64,000 bases of DNA from Candidatus Parvarchaeota archaeon (GTDB lineage Archaea; Nanobdellota; Nanobdellia; WJKC01): NCBI GenBank assembly GCA_017608505.1, contig JAFCFT010000003.1, positions 234 through 64,233 on the forward strand. Reading direction: 5' to 3'. Below, in pieces: positions 9,503 through 18,253 of this stretch; position 1 is the stretch's first letter; every line of letters starts with the position of its first letter. The position numbers and the translations under genes are program-made. Below the pieces are notes generated by a model that saw only the letters and a program-made list of their open reading frames with translations, was not told where the DNA came from and searched no databases.

Positions 9503-12500
9503 ATGGTCAATATTTATAAAAGACTTTCAAAAAGGCTTAAAGAAGCAAAGGAGAAATTGCTGGAAGAAGAATTAAAAGCTCCTGAAAAGCCGGCTGCGCC
9601 TGAAATTAAAGAGCTTCCAAGACCTATCTCACTTAAAAAACCTCCTGAATTGATTGAGGCTCCTAAAGTTCCTGAGATTCCAAAAATTCCTAAAATAGAG
9701 CCTAAGAAAGTTGTTGCTAAAGCGCCTGAAGCTCCAAAATTAATAGTCCCCCCGCAGCAAGTGATAGTGCAAGCGCCTGTAGTCAAGCCAGAAATAGTTA
9801 AAGAGGCTGCGATGGAAGTTCCAGAAGGGCTTGAAACTGGAAGAGCATTTAAAATGAAATACAAGCCAATAAGCATGGAAATACCAGAAGAATTTACTGA
9901 AGCGGCTGGCAAAGGGTTGGAAGCAAAAAAAGAAGTATACATGAAAAAATTAAGAAAAATTGATGAAAAAGTGCCATTAATAACCTTAAAGACAAAAGGC
10001 AAAGAAGTAGTAGTCTCGTGGGCAAACATAAAATGGAATCCTGCATCAAGAAGTCTCATATATTATGTTTACGAACCGAAATTAAATGACAAATTAAGGA
10101 CAACGCTTGACGAAGCAAAAACCCTTCTAAGGCAAAAACTAGACATAGACTTTACTAAGATAAGAATTGAAAAAGCATACGAGTACTTAATGAGCAAATT
10201 TGATGCAGTGCTTAATGAAATGGGCGCAAAAATAACTCCTAAAGAAAAAATCATACTTAATTATTATGTCTTCAGGGATTTTATAGGGCTTGGAAAAATA
10301 GAGCCTTTGCTTCATGACAAAAATTTGGAAGATATTCACTGCGACGGCGCAGGAGTGCCGTTATTTGTAACGCACAGAAATCCATTGTATGGAGAAATGC
10401 AGACAAACATCATATTCAAGACAAAAGAAGAGCTTGACTCATTTGTTTTAAGGCTTGCGCAAAAATGCGGAAAAGCGTTAAGCATTGCAGAGCCTTTGCT
10501 TGACGGAGCCCTTCCAGACGGGTCCAGGGTGCAGATAACATATGGAACAGATATTGCAATGAGAGGCTCGAATTTTACAATTCGTAAATTCACTGAAAAG
10601 CCAATAACCCCAATTGATGAATTAAATTACGGCACAGCAAGCCCAGAAATCCTTGCTTATCTTTGGATGGCTGTGGAGTCAGGCCTTTCAATGCTTATTG
10701 CTGGGGCAACTGCTACTGGAAAAACGAGCTTCTTAAACGCTTTAAGCATGTTCATTAACCCTGAACTGAAAATAATAAGCATAGAAGACAGTGTTGCAGG
10801 AGACACGCCTTTTGTTTTTTTAAACAGCAACAAATACAGGCAGGAAACAATAGGGAATTATATAGATACTGTAATGAATAAACATGGATTTGAAAAACTA
10901 AGCAGCGGACACCACATATGCCCTAATTATGAGAATATCAAAGTACCCACAATAGATTTCAACAACAAACTTACATTCTTGCCAGTAAATGCCTTGATAA
11001 GGCACAAAGTAAACAAAAAAGGATACGAAATTATAACAAAAACAGGGAAAACAATTAAGGTAACCGAAGATCACTCACTATATATCCTGGGTCCAGATAT
11101 TGAAAAAATGAGTCCTAAAAGATTTGTTAAAGAAATTGCGCAGGGAAACAAACAAAAAGCGCAAATTAATGAAGATATTGCGTTTTTAACAGGGTTAACT
11201 GTAACTCACGGGGTGGTGGACAAAAATAAAAATGTGTATTATCCAAAAATCAAAAAATTAGAAAACATCTTGAATAAATTAGGATTTAAATATAAAATTA
11301 GAAAATACCATATAAGAATTTCAAGAAAAGAATTCTATGATTACTTAGTAAGTCTTGGCATAAACTTAAACTCAAAATGGATTAATGAAAGAACGCCTAA
11401 ATGGGTTGTGTCTTTAGAAGGCGCACACTTAAGAAATTTCATTCTTGGGTACAGACTAGGCAACAAAAAAAAGGTATATTATATAAAACCAAAATTATGC
11501 AAAGCAAAGGCGAGCAAGTTAAGAAAAGGCGATTGCATAATTTCTGCAAAAACGCTTGAAAAAGATTACAAAGGATTGGAGTGCATTAACTTAGACTTAA
11601 AGAACTTTGGCAAAAGAGCAAAAATAATAGACGGCAAAGTCAAAGTTGGATCATACGCTATGCCATGCAAAGTAAAACTTGATAAAGACCTGCTTGAATT
11701 TATTGGATTATGGATTGCTGACGGTTGTTATGATGAACGCGGCAAATATGTAATAATCAGCGCGCCAAAACCAGAAACTGAAAATGTGGTAAAAAGAATC
11801 TGTGAAAAATTCAAGTTTAAATATAAAAAGCATTCAGACGGTGTTTCCCTCAACATATATGGGAGCATATTTTATTATTTTTTGAAAAACGAGCTTAAAT
11901 TGACCCATTATGCGCATCATAAAACAATGCCTCAATGGGTAAATAAATTATCAAACAAACAGTTAGCAGCATTATTAAGAGGATATTTTGCAGGCGATAA
12001 TAATGACGGAAAATACGAAATGGGTTGTGCAAGCGTATCAAAGAAACTTATAGAAGATATCCAACACTTGTTGTTAAGATTTGGCATAAGATCAACTATA
12101 AGAGAAAAAAAGCAGATATATAATTTAAGTATATCAGAAATTAATAATATAAAAAAGCTAGAAAAAATAGGATTTATACGCAAAGACAGACTAAAAAGAT
12201 TTAAAGAGATAACAAGCAGAAATAAGCAAGATCATGACTGTTCAGATATAATAGACCTTCCAGAAAACTTTTTAATAGCCATATTTGATGAAGCTAAAGA
12301 TACATGGAAATCATTAAAACAGAGATATAAAAAGAAAAAAATTGGAAGAGCATTTCTTAAACAGATAGTAAAGTCTCTTAAAGGAGAAACAAAAGAGTTA
12401 TTGAAAAGCATAATAGACGCTGACTTGTACTTTGAGAAAATCAAAAAGATAAATAAGATTAGATTAAATGAATATGTATATGATTTCTCAGTACAACCTG

Positions 12501-14512
12501 TTCAAAGATTTTGCACTAAAAATGGAATCCTGTGTTCAAATACGCCAGAGCTTAGATTGCCTCACCCTAACTGGATTCCTGAAGTAGCAAGGGCAGGATT
12601 TGGCGTGAAAAGATATGGCGAAGTTACGATGTTTGATTTGCTTAAAAGCGCTTTAAGACAAAGACCTAACTACGTTATAGTAGGCGAAGTGCGTGGCAAA
12701 GAAGCATACGTCATGTTCCAAGGGATGGCATCAGTACTTGGATGCGAAAAAATTTTTGTAAGCGATACTGAAGGAAATCCAACAATAATGCCTATTAAAG
12801 AATTGGGCAAATACGCATTTAAGAATTGGAAAGCAGTCACATTAAATCCAGGACACGAAGCAAAATTACTGCCAGTAAAAGCATGGGCAAGGCATGGAAA
12901 AAGAACTAAAATGATAAAAATTGAAACACACACAGGAAGAGAAGTCATTGTAACGCCAGAACACTCTTTATTCACGTATGATAAAAAACAAGGAATATTT
13001 CCAATAGAAGCAAACAATTTAACGCAAGGGAGCATAATATTAGTGCCTTCGAAAATTCCTTGCAATTACAAAAACATTGAATATTTTGATTTAACAAATT
13101 TAAAAGGAATTAGAGTATTAGCGCCGGAATTAATTAAAAAAGCTGTCCAAAAAATTGGATTTAAAAAAGCTTGCGAGATTTGTTGCGTTAAGTCGATAAA
13201 TGATTATTACTCAAAAAATGCATGTTCAGCGCTTCACTCAGACAAATTCAAAAAATTAATGGATGCGTCAAAAATAGACTATTCTAATGAAGAATTTATG
13301 GTGCGCTTTGATAGAAAAAGTGAAACATTCCCAAATAAATTAAAGATAAGCAATGAATTGTTGCGTTTGATAGGATACTACTTAAGTGAAGGCACGCTTA
13401 ACACGGCTAATAAAAATAATTCAATTGCGTTATATAATTCTGATAAAAAAGTTCTTAGAGATATGAAACAATGCATTAAAAAAGTCACTGGAAAGACTCC
13501 TAAAGAAAGATTAACAAAAGGTTGGGGCAAGACGCTTGAACTAAGATTCAATCACAAAGTATTATACGAATTTTTAAAACAATTATGCGGTCTTGGAAGT
13601 TCAAATAAAAAAATTCCAGAATTTGTATTTGGATTAAGCAAAGAAAAAATAGGACAGGTGTTGGCAGGAATGTACGCAGGAGATAGCAATTTTAGTGCAA
13701 AAGCAATTACATATTACACTAAATCAAAAGAACTTGCAAATACTTTACTTTATGCCCTGCTTTGCTTAGAAATTGTTGGCAGAGTAAGATCTCACAAAGG
13801 AATCTATGAAATAAAAATATACAGAAGCGATTTCAGAAAAAAACTAAGCGAGTATGTTAAACCAGTAAATAAGAAATATGTATTCAAAAAAGCAAGATAT
13901 TTAAAAAACATAATAGGCGACGTTTACTTAGATAAAGTGAAGAATATTACTGAAATAAGACTAAAAAGCCCATTAAATGTTTATGATATATCAGTGCCGC
14001 CGACTGAAAATTTTGTAGGCGGATTTGGAGGAATAATGCTCCATAACACAGGCCATCCAAGCTTCGGCACCCTTCATGCAGACAGCGTAGCTACAGTCAT
14101 AGACAGACTGACTACAGAACCAATAAATCTTCCTAAAGCAATGCTTGAAAATCTTGATTTAATTGTATTCCTGATTTTAACAAAGAGAAAAGGCGAGTAC
14201 GTAAGAAGGGTCAACGAAATAGTAGAAATTTTAGGGTATGACCCTAAAACAAGAAACTTAATTACAAACAGAGCGTTTAGATGGGACCCTGAAGAAGACA
14301 AATTTGTTTTGCTTAAAAGCGTGCTTCTTGATAAAATAAGAGAAAAACTTGGATACACAATCGAGGAGCTAAAATTAGACATGCTTAGAAGAATCAAACT
14401 GTTAAAATGGCTTCAAAAACACAAAATCACGGATTACAAAGAAGTTGCCCGTTATTTCAAAATGTATTACACAAGTCCTGAAAAGGTCGATAAGCTTGTG
14501 AGGAGAGCTTAA
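9503..14512 (+). CDS. Type II/IV secretion (FlaI/PilB/TadA/KlbA-type) ATPase precursor containing two inteins
   Basis: Extein motifs: Walker A GATATGKTS, Asp box IISIED|TPELRL, Walker B RPNYVIVGEVRG, His box FQGMA|TGHPSFGTLHADS. 1669 aa in total; the predicted spliced product is 646 aa. Confidence 0.9.
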   Translation: MVNIYKRLSKRLKEAKEKLLEEELKAPEKPAAPEIKELPRPISLKKPPELIEAPKVPEIPKIPKIEPKKVVAKAPEAPKLIVPPQQVIVQAPVVKPEIVKEAAMEVPEGLETGRAFKMKYKPISMEIPEEFTEAAGKGLEAKKEVYMKKLRKIDEKVPLITLKTKGKEVVVSWANIKWNPASRSLIYYVYEPKLNDKLRTTLDEAKTLLRQKLDIDFTKIRIEKAYEYLMSKFDAVLNEMGAKITPKEKIILNYYVFRDFIGLGKIEPLLHDKNLEDIHCDGAGVPLFVTHRNPLYGEMQTNIIFKTKEELDSFVLRLAQKCGKALSIAEPLLDGALPDGSRVQITYGTDIAMRGSNFTIRKFTEKPITPIDELNYGTASPEILAYLWMAVESGLSMLIAGATATGKTSFLNALSMFINPELKIISIEDSVAGDTPFVFLNSNKYRQETIGNYIDTVMNKHGFEKLSSGHHICPNYENIKVPTIDFNNKLTFLPVNALIRHKVNKKGYEIITKTGKTIKVTEDHSLYILGPDIEKMSPKRFVKEIAQGNKQKAQINEDIAFLTGLTVTHGVVDKNKNVYYPKIKKLENILNKLGFKYKIRKYHIRISRKEFYDYLVSLGINLNSKWINERTPKWVVSLEGAHLRNFILGYRLGNKKKVYYIKPKLCKAKASKLRKGDCIISAKTLEKDYKGLECINLDLKNFGKRAKIIDGKVKVGSYAMPCKVKLDKDLLEFIGLWIADGCYDERGKYVIISAPKPETENVVKRICEKFKFKYKKHSDGVSLNIYGSIFYYFLKNELKLTHYAHHKTMPQWVNKLSNKQLAALLRGYFAGDNNDGKYEMGCASVSKKLIEDIQHLLLRFGIRSTIREKKQIYNLSISEINNIKKLEKIGFIRKDRLKRFKEITSRNKQDHDCSDIIDLPENFLIAIFDEAKDTWKSLKQRYKKKKIGRAFLKQIVKSLKGETKELLKSIIDADLYFEKIKKINKIRLNEYVYDFSVQPVQRFCTKNGILCSNTPELRLPHPNWIPEVARAGFGVKRYGEVTMFDLLKSALRQRPNYVIVGEVRGKEAYVMFQGMASVLGCEKIFVSDTEGNPTIMPIKELGKYAFKNWKAVTLNPGHEAKLLPVKAWARHGKRTKMIKIETHTGREVIVTPEHSLFTYDKKQGIFPIEANNLTQGSIILVPSKIPCNYKNIEYFDLTNLKGIRVLAPELIKKAVQKIGFKKACEICCVKSINDYYSKNACSALHSDKFKKLMDASKIDYSNEEFMVRFDRKSETFPNKLKISNELLRLIGYYLSEGTLNTANKNNSIALYNSDKKVLRDMKQCIKKVTGKTPKERLTKGWGKTLELRFNHKVLYEFLKQLCGLGSSNKKIPEFVFGLSKEKIGQVLAGMYAGDSNFSAKAITYYTKSKELANTLLYALLCLEIVGRVRSHKGIYEIKIYRSDFRKKLSEYVKPVNKKYVFKKARYLKNIIGDVYLDKVKNITEIRLKSPLNVYDISVPPTENFVGGFGGIMLHNTGHPSFGTLHADSVATVIDRLTTEPINLPKAMLENLDLIVFLILTKRKGEYVRRVNEIVEILGYDPKTRNLITNRAFRWDPEEDKFVLLKSVLLDKIREKLGYTIEELKLDMLRRIKLLKWLQKHKITDYKEVARYFKMYYTSPEKVDKLVRRA
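10790..12541 (+). mobile_element. Intein 1 (584 aa) with LAGLIDADG homing endonuclease, inserted in the Asp box
   Basis: Block A SVAGDTPFVF (Ser1), block B KVTEDHSLYI. LAGLIDADG motifs LLEFIGLWIADGCYDE and LAALLRGYFAGDNNDG. C-terminal YVYDFSV...NGILCSN|T (Thr+1). Confidence 0.85.
12731..14047 (+). mobile_element. Intein 2 (439 aa) with LAGLIDADG homing endonuclease, inserted in the His box
   Basis: Block A SVLGCEKIFV (Ser1), block B VIVTPEHSLFT. Motifs LLRLIGYYLSEGTLN and IGQVLAGMYAGDSNF. C-terminal VYDISVP...GGIMLHN|T. Confidence 0.85.
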
Positions 14513-15376
14513 ATGAACTTTGGAGAATTCAGCTACAAACTTGTTCATAAAATTGCAAGAAAATACAGCCACTTATTTAAAGACATAGCAGAAGACCTTC
14601 AAGTCAGCAACATGCCTTACTCCATAGAAGAGTACTTTGCAATGATGATAGTCACGATTATTTTTTCAATGCCCTTAATAGGAATTATAGCATTTCTTTT
14701 TTACTTGCTAATTAATGACTTGCTTATTTCAATTATTGCAGGAGTAGTGTTTTACTCCATAATTTTAGTAGGAATAATTGCGCTTTATTATGTATACCCT
14801 TCGCAAGTCGCAAGCAGCAGAAGAAAAAAAATAGACAATGCGCTTCATTTTGCAACAATATATATGCAGACCCTTGCAGGAACAGGAGCGCCCCCGCACA
14901 TAATATTTAAAATACTGGGCTCTTTTGAAGAGTTTAGCGAGATATCTGAAGTTTCAAGAAAAATAAACAGAGACATTGAAATTTTTGGCATGGACCCTGT
15001 TGAAGCAATAAACAGAGCTGCAGAAAGAACGCCAAGCAACAATTTAAGAGAACTTCTTTACGGAATGAGAAGCACAATAACAAGCGGCGGCGACTTAAAA
15101 AGATACTTGGAAGAAAAAGCAAACGCATTTGTAAATAACTTTAGAAGAAAACTTGAAGAATACACTAAAGTGCTTGCTGTTTTCATGGAAATATATATTA
15201 CAATGGTCATTGTAGGAAGCGTTTTAGCATTAGTGCTTACAACTATAATGTCCTTAATCAGCGGAGGAATTTTAGGAATAGAACAACTGCAAATATTAAT
15301 CGTTACAGTAGGCCTGCCAATCCTTTCAGGCATATTCATATTGTTGATAAAATCTGTAAGCCCAACAGAGGTGTAA
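14513..15376 (+). CDS. Pilus platform membrane protein, single T2SSF domain (TadB/FlaJ N-half-like)
   Basis: IDNALHFATIYMQTLAGTGAPP...MDPVEAINRAAERTPSNNLRELLYGMRSTITSGGDL, flanked by TM helices. ATG follows the ATPase stop directly. Confidence 0.8.
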   Translation: MNFGEFSYKLVHKIARKYSHLFKDIAEDLQVSNMPYSIEEYFAMMIVTIIFSMPLIGIIAFLFYLLINDLLISIIAGVVFYSIILVGIIALYYVYPSQVASSRRKKIDNALHFATIYMQTLAGTGAPPHIIFKILGSFEEFSEISEVSRKINRDIEIFGMDPVEAINRAAERTPSNNLRELLYGMRSTITSGGDLKRYLEEKANAFVNNFRRKLEEYTKVLAVFMEIYITMVIVGSVLALVLTTIMSLISGGILGIEQLQILIVTVGLPILSGIFILLIKSVSPTEV

Positions 15377-15379
15377 AAT

Positions 15380-16498
15380 TTGGAAAAAAAAGATACATTG
15401 ATAATTGTATGGTCTGGAGTTATTGCAGTTGCGCAATTAGTGATTGGGTTATTCTTAACTAACTTTGAGTTAATATACGTAGGTTATTTCGGGGTTGCTG
15501 CATTAATGATAATTATATTTCCATATTCACTGATAGTTTATTTAAGGGTGCGCAAAGCAAAAATGATGGAAGAATACTTTCCTTCTTTTTTAAGAGACAT
15601 TGCTGAAGCAAAAAGAGCAGGAATGACAATTCCAAATGCAATTGCGCTTAGCGCGCAGACAGATTACGGTCCACTAACAAAAGAAATCAAGAGGATGAAC
15701 AACTTGCTTTCATGGGGCGTTCCGTTTCCAGAAACAATCAAATTGCTGCAAAAAAGAGTAAAATACAGCACATACATAAAAAGAGGCCTTGCAATACTTC
15801 TTGAATCATATTACACAGGGGGAAGGATTGAAGACGCAATGGATGCTGTAGCAGAAAGCACGCGGCTTCTTAAAGAAGTGGAAAAAGACAGAGAGTCTGT
15901 TCTTCAACAGCAGTTGATAATTGTATATTTAATTCATTTCATATTTGTCGGAATACTGGTCGCATTGTACAAAATATTAATACCGCTTTTGACATTTCAA
16001 GGAGGAGGAAGTGCTAGTCTAATCACAAGCTTTGGAGGAGGGCAGTCACCCCCTCTTGATTTTTACAAATTGTTGTTTTTTCTTACAATGACAATACAAT
16101 CTTTCAGCAACGGGCTGGTTGCGGGCGTTACAAAGGAAGGAAGTCTTGCAGCAGGAACAAAACATGCAGGAATAATGATTAGCACAGCATTGCTTGCATT
16201 TGCAATATTCATATTTCCAAAAACATACGCAATCAATGTTATGAGCTCTAAAACAGAAGTCACTACAAATGAACTAGTGGAATTCTTCGGATCAGTGACC
16301 CTTGAGAATGAACCAATATCAAATGTTGAAGTGACTGTGAATTTTGGAGGTGTTGCTGACTCCACTTACACGGACGAGTATGGAGACTTTAGCATAAAAA
16401 TTAGAGCTCCAACAGTTGAAGGCAATTACATTGCTAGGGTGAGCTCCACATATGAAGGTTTTGAAGCGGTTGTTGACATCCCAATTGTTGTCAGATAA
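15380..16498 (+). CDS. Pilus platform membrane protein, single T2SSF domain (TadC/FlaJ C-half-like) with C-terminal beta-sandwich
   Basis: FPSFLRDIAEAKRAGMTIPNAI...WGVPFPETIKLL...LLESYYTGGRIEDAM plus TM helices. The C-terminal VEVTVNFGGVADSTYTDEYGDFSIKIRAPTVEGNYIARV looks CarboxypepD_reg-like. TTG start 3 nt after the previous stop. Confidence 0.75.
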   Translation: MEKKDTLIIVWSGVIAVAQLVIGLFLTNFELIYVGYFGVAALMIIIFPYSLIVYLRVRKAKMMEEYFPSFLRDIAEAKRAGMTIPNAIALSAQTDYGPLTKEIKRMNNLLSWGVPFPETIKLLQKRVKYSTYIKRGLAILLESYYTGGRIEDAMDAVAESTRLLKEVEKDRESVLQQQLIIVYLIHFIFVGILVALYKILIPLLTFQGGGSASLITSFGGGQSPPLDFYKLLFFLTMTIQSFSNGLVAGVTKEGSLAAGTKHAGIMISTALLAFAIFIFPKTYAINVMSSKTEVTTNELVEFFGSVTLENEPISNVEVTVNFGGVADSTYTDEYGDFSIKIRAPTVEGNYIARVSSTYEGFEAVVDIPIVVR

Positions 16499-17252
16499 AA
16501 AAGGGGCAGTAATTGACATTGACCTAATAATATCTTATTTGATATTCATGGGCCTAATAATTGCAGTAGTGCAATTTACGCTTGGATTAGTTACTGTATT
16601 TAGCAATGATTTCAGAACCCTTTCAAGAGAAAAGAATATGCTAAGCGCTTCAAAATTAATAAGCGCAGAATTTAAGGCGTCGGATATAAACAAATTGTGC
16701 AACGAATTGAATTACACAGGAATAAGAGTAAAACACGTAGAATACGAAGTGCTGGGGTTTTTTATGCCGAAAAAGGACACTGCATACGAACTGCCAAACA
16801 CAGGCGCAGAACCAAAAGTGCTGTTTTTAAGAGATAATAATTACTTGCGCGTTATTGTGGGCTCTGGGGCAGGCAGCGACACAAAAGTCACTGTTTATGT
16901 ATCTATGAAATATGGCACAAGTGTTGCAAACAAAACCCTTGAGTCAGGCGATTCGTATACAACATATTACGACTCCAAGGGCTATTTTGTTGTAAAAATA
17001 ACATCAACTGTAGGCAACGGAGACCTTGACGAAATTGTAATAGGACCAATCAACAACAGAACATTAATAATGCCTGAAGTCAATAATGTGACAACCAGCA
17101 ACGTGTTTGTCGGCGATTTAAGTTTTAATAATAGTTGCGGGAGGACAGCAATCAAAGGACCACAGTCATCTTTTTTAAGATACGGAACAATAATGCACGA
17201 TTCTGAATTGTATCCTGTAAAAATTAAGGGTGATATATGGTGGACAGGTTAG
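16452..17252 (+). CDS. Pilin-like protein (266 aa)
   Basis: ...SDKKGAVIDIDLIISYLIFMGLIIAVVQF is class III signal-like. The start is uncertain: ATG 16452 overlaps the upstream gene by 47 nt, with TTG 16485/16488 as alternatives. Confidence 0.5.
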   Translation: MKVLKRLLTSQLLSDKKGAVIDIDLIISYLIFMGLIIAVVQFTLGLVTVFSNDFRTLSREKNMLSASKLISAEFKASDINKLCNELNYTGIRVKHVEYEVLGFFMPKKDTAYELPNTGAEPKVLFLRDNNYLRVIVGSGAGSDTKVTVYVSMKYGTSVANKTLESGDSYTTYYDSKGYFVVKITSTVGNGDLDEIVIGPINNRTLIMPEVNNVTTSNVFVGDLSFNNSCGRTAIKGPQSSFLRYGTIMHDSELYPVKIKGDIWWTG

Positions 17253-18253
17253 GCTTTGTAAAAACTTTGGAAGCAATTCTTGCAGCAATAATAATGATGT
17301 CAATGTACGGCATAATTAATGATTTCATAACAAAGCAGGTAGGAGCTTATCAGCGCGACCCGACATTTTTAATGAATGATTTTATTGAGATGCTTGCAAA
17401 AAACAATTTGATAAATGATGCAATAAATAATTATGAGTATTCAGAAATGGACGCGCTTTTTTACGAATATTTCTTAAAATCCATATATTATTACTTTGAA
17501 CCAAGATATTATGAACGTATCAAAGTCAAAAGCGAGATTAACAAAACATATCCAAACATTAGCTTTGTATATCACTTTCCATTTGGCATTGATGAAAACT
17601 CAGTAAGGGTGACTGGTAACGAATACGAATTGCCAACAAAAGCGCTTTTTAATTGGTACGCAACACCAATTGTCTTCTTAGAAGATATCAACAATTCATA
17701 TGTAGAAGTTAATATAACAATTGAAGCGTCTGGAATAGATAATAAGACATTAATGTATTTTGTAAATGACAAACGTTCAATATTGGATGTTCATAAATGG
17801 ACAAAAGTAGACCAAGACATGTACAATGCAACGCTTGTATTGTTTGTGCCAGAAGTGAAAAAGAATGTCTTAACATATGTCTATGCTGCGCAAAATGACA
17901 GCATGATTAATTTCACATATCCTTCTCTTAACAAAAATTTAGATATCCAATATTACCAGCTAAACACTTTTAAAACTACAACCGGTCTTGTTGTGTTCAC
18001 GCCTGAAAATGTAAGCTCAACAAGAGATGACACATACTATATTGAATACACCCTTTACTCTCATCAAGATGATAATTATGCAGACATAAAAATCGTAAAC
18101 AATACAGGAATTACAATAATCCCTGAACTTGATTATGTAAAGCACGGAAGCAGCCCTGCATATGCGACAACAAAAGGAGAATACTCTGTAAAAAGACTTT
18201 TCCCTAAAAAAGGAGGATTTGTTGAATTAACTGTTTATGGAGGATACTCATGA
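17237..18253 (+). CDS. Pilin-like protein (338 aa)
   Basis: MVDRLGFVKTLEAILAAIIMMSMYGII has a G|F...E pattern followed by a hydrophobic helix. Many sequons. Overlaps both neighbours. Confidence 0.5.
   Translation: MVDRLGFVKTLEAILAAIIMMSMYGIINDFITKQVGAYQRDPTFLMNDFIEMLAKNNLINDAINNYEYSEMDALFYEYFLKSIYYYFEPRYYERIKVKSEINKTYPNISFVYHFPFGIDENSVRVTGNEYELPTKALFNWYATPIVFLEDINNSYVEVNITIEASGIDNKTLMYFVNDKRSILDVHKWTKVDQDMYNATLVLFVPEVKKNVLTYVYAAQNDSMINFTYPSLNKNLDIQYYQLNTFKTTTGLVVFTPENVSSTRDDTYYIEYTLYSHQDDNYADIKIVNNTGITIIPELDYVKHGSSPAYATTKGEYSVKRLFPKKGGFVELTVYGGYS

Noticed and set aside
9514-10593. Antisense ORFs inside the ATPase gene (9514-10059, 10069-10254, 10336-10593 on the - strand). Similar shadow ORFs lie opposite the thermosome (5557-6918), MCM, top6B, ileS and TIP49.
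   Set aside because: They lie fully within strongly supported genes on the other strand. They have low-complexity Ser/Leu/Phe-rich translations typical of antisense frames in AT-rich DNA, and no motifs.
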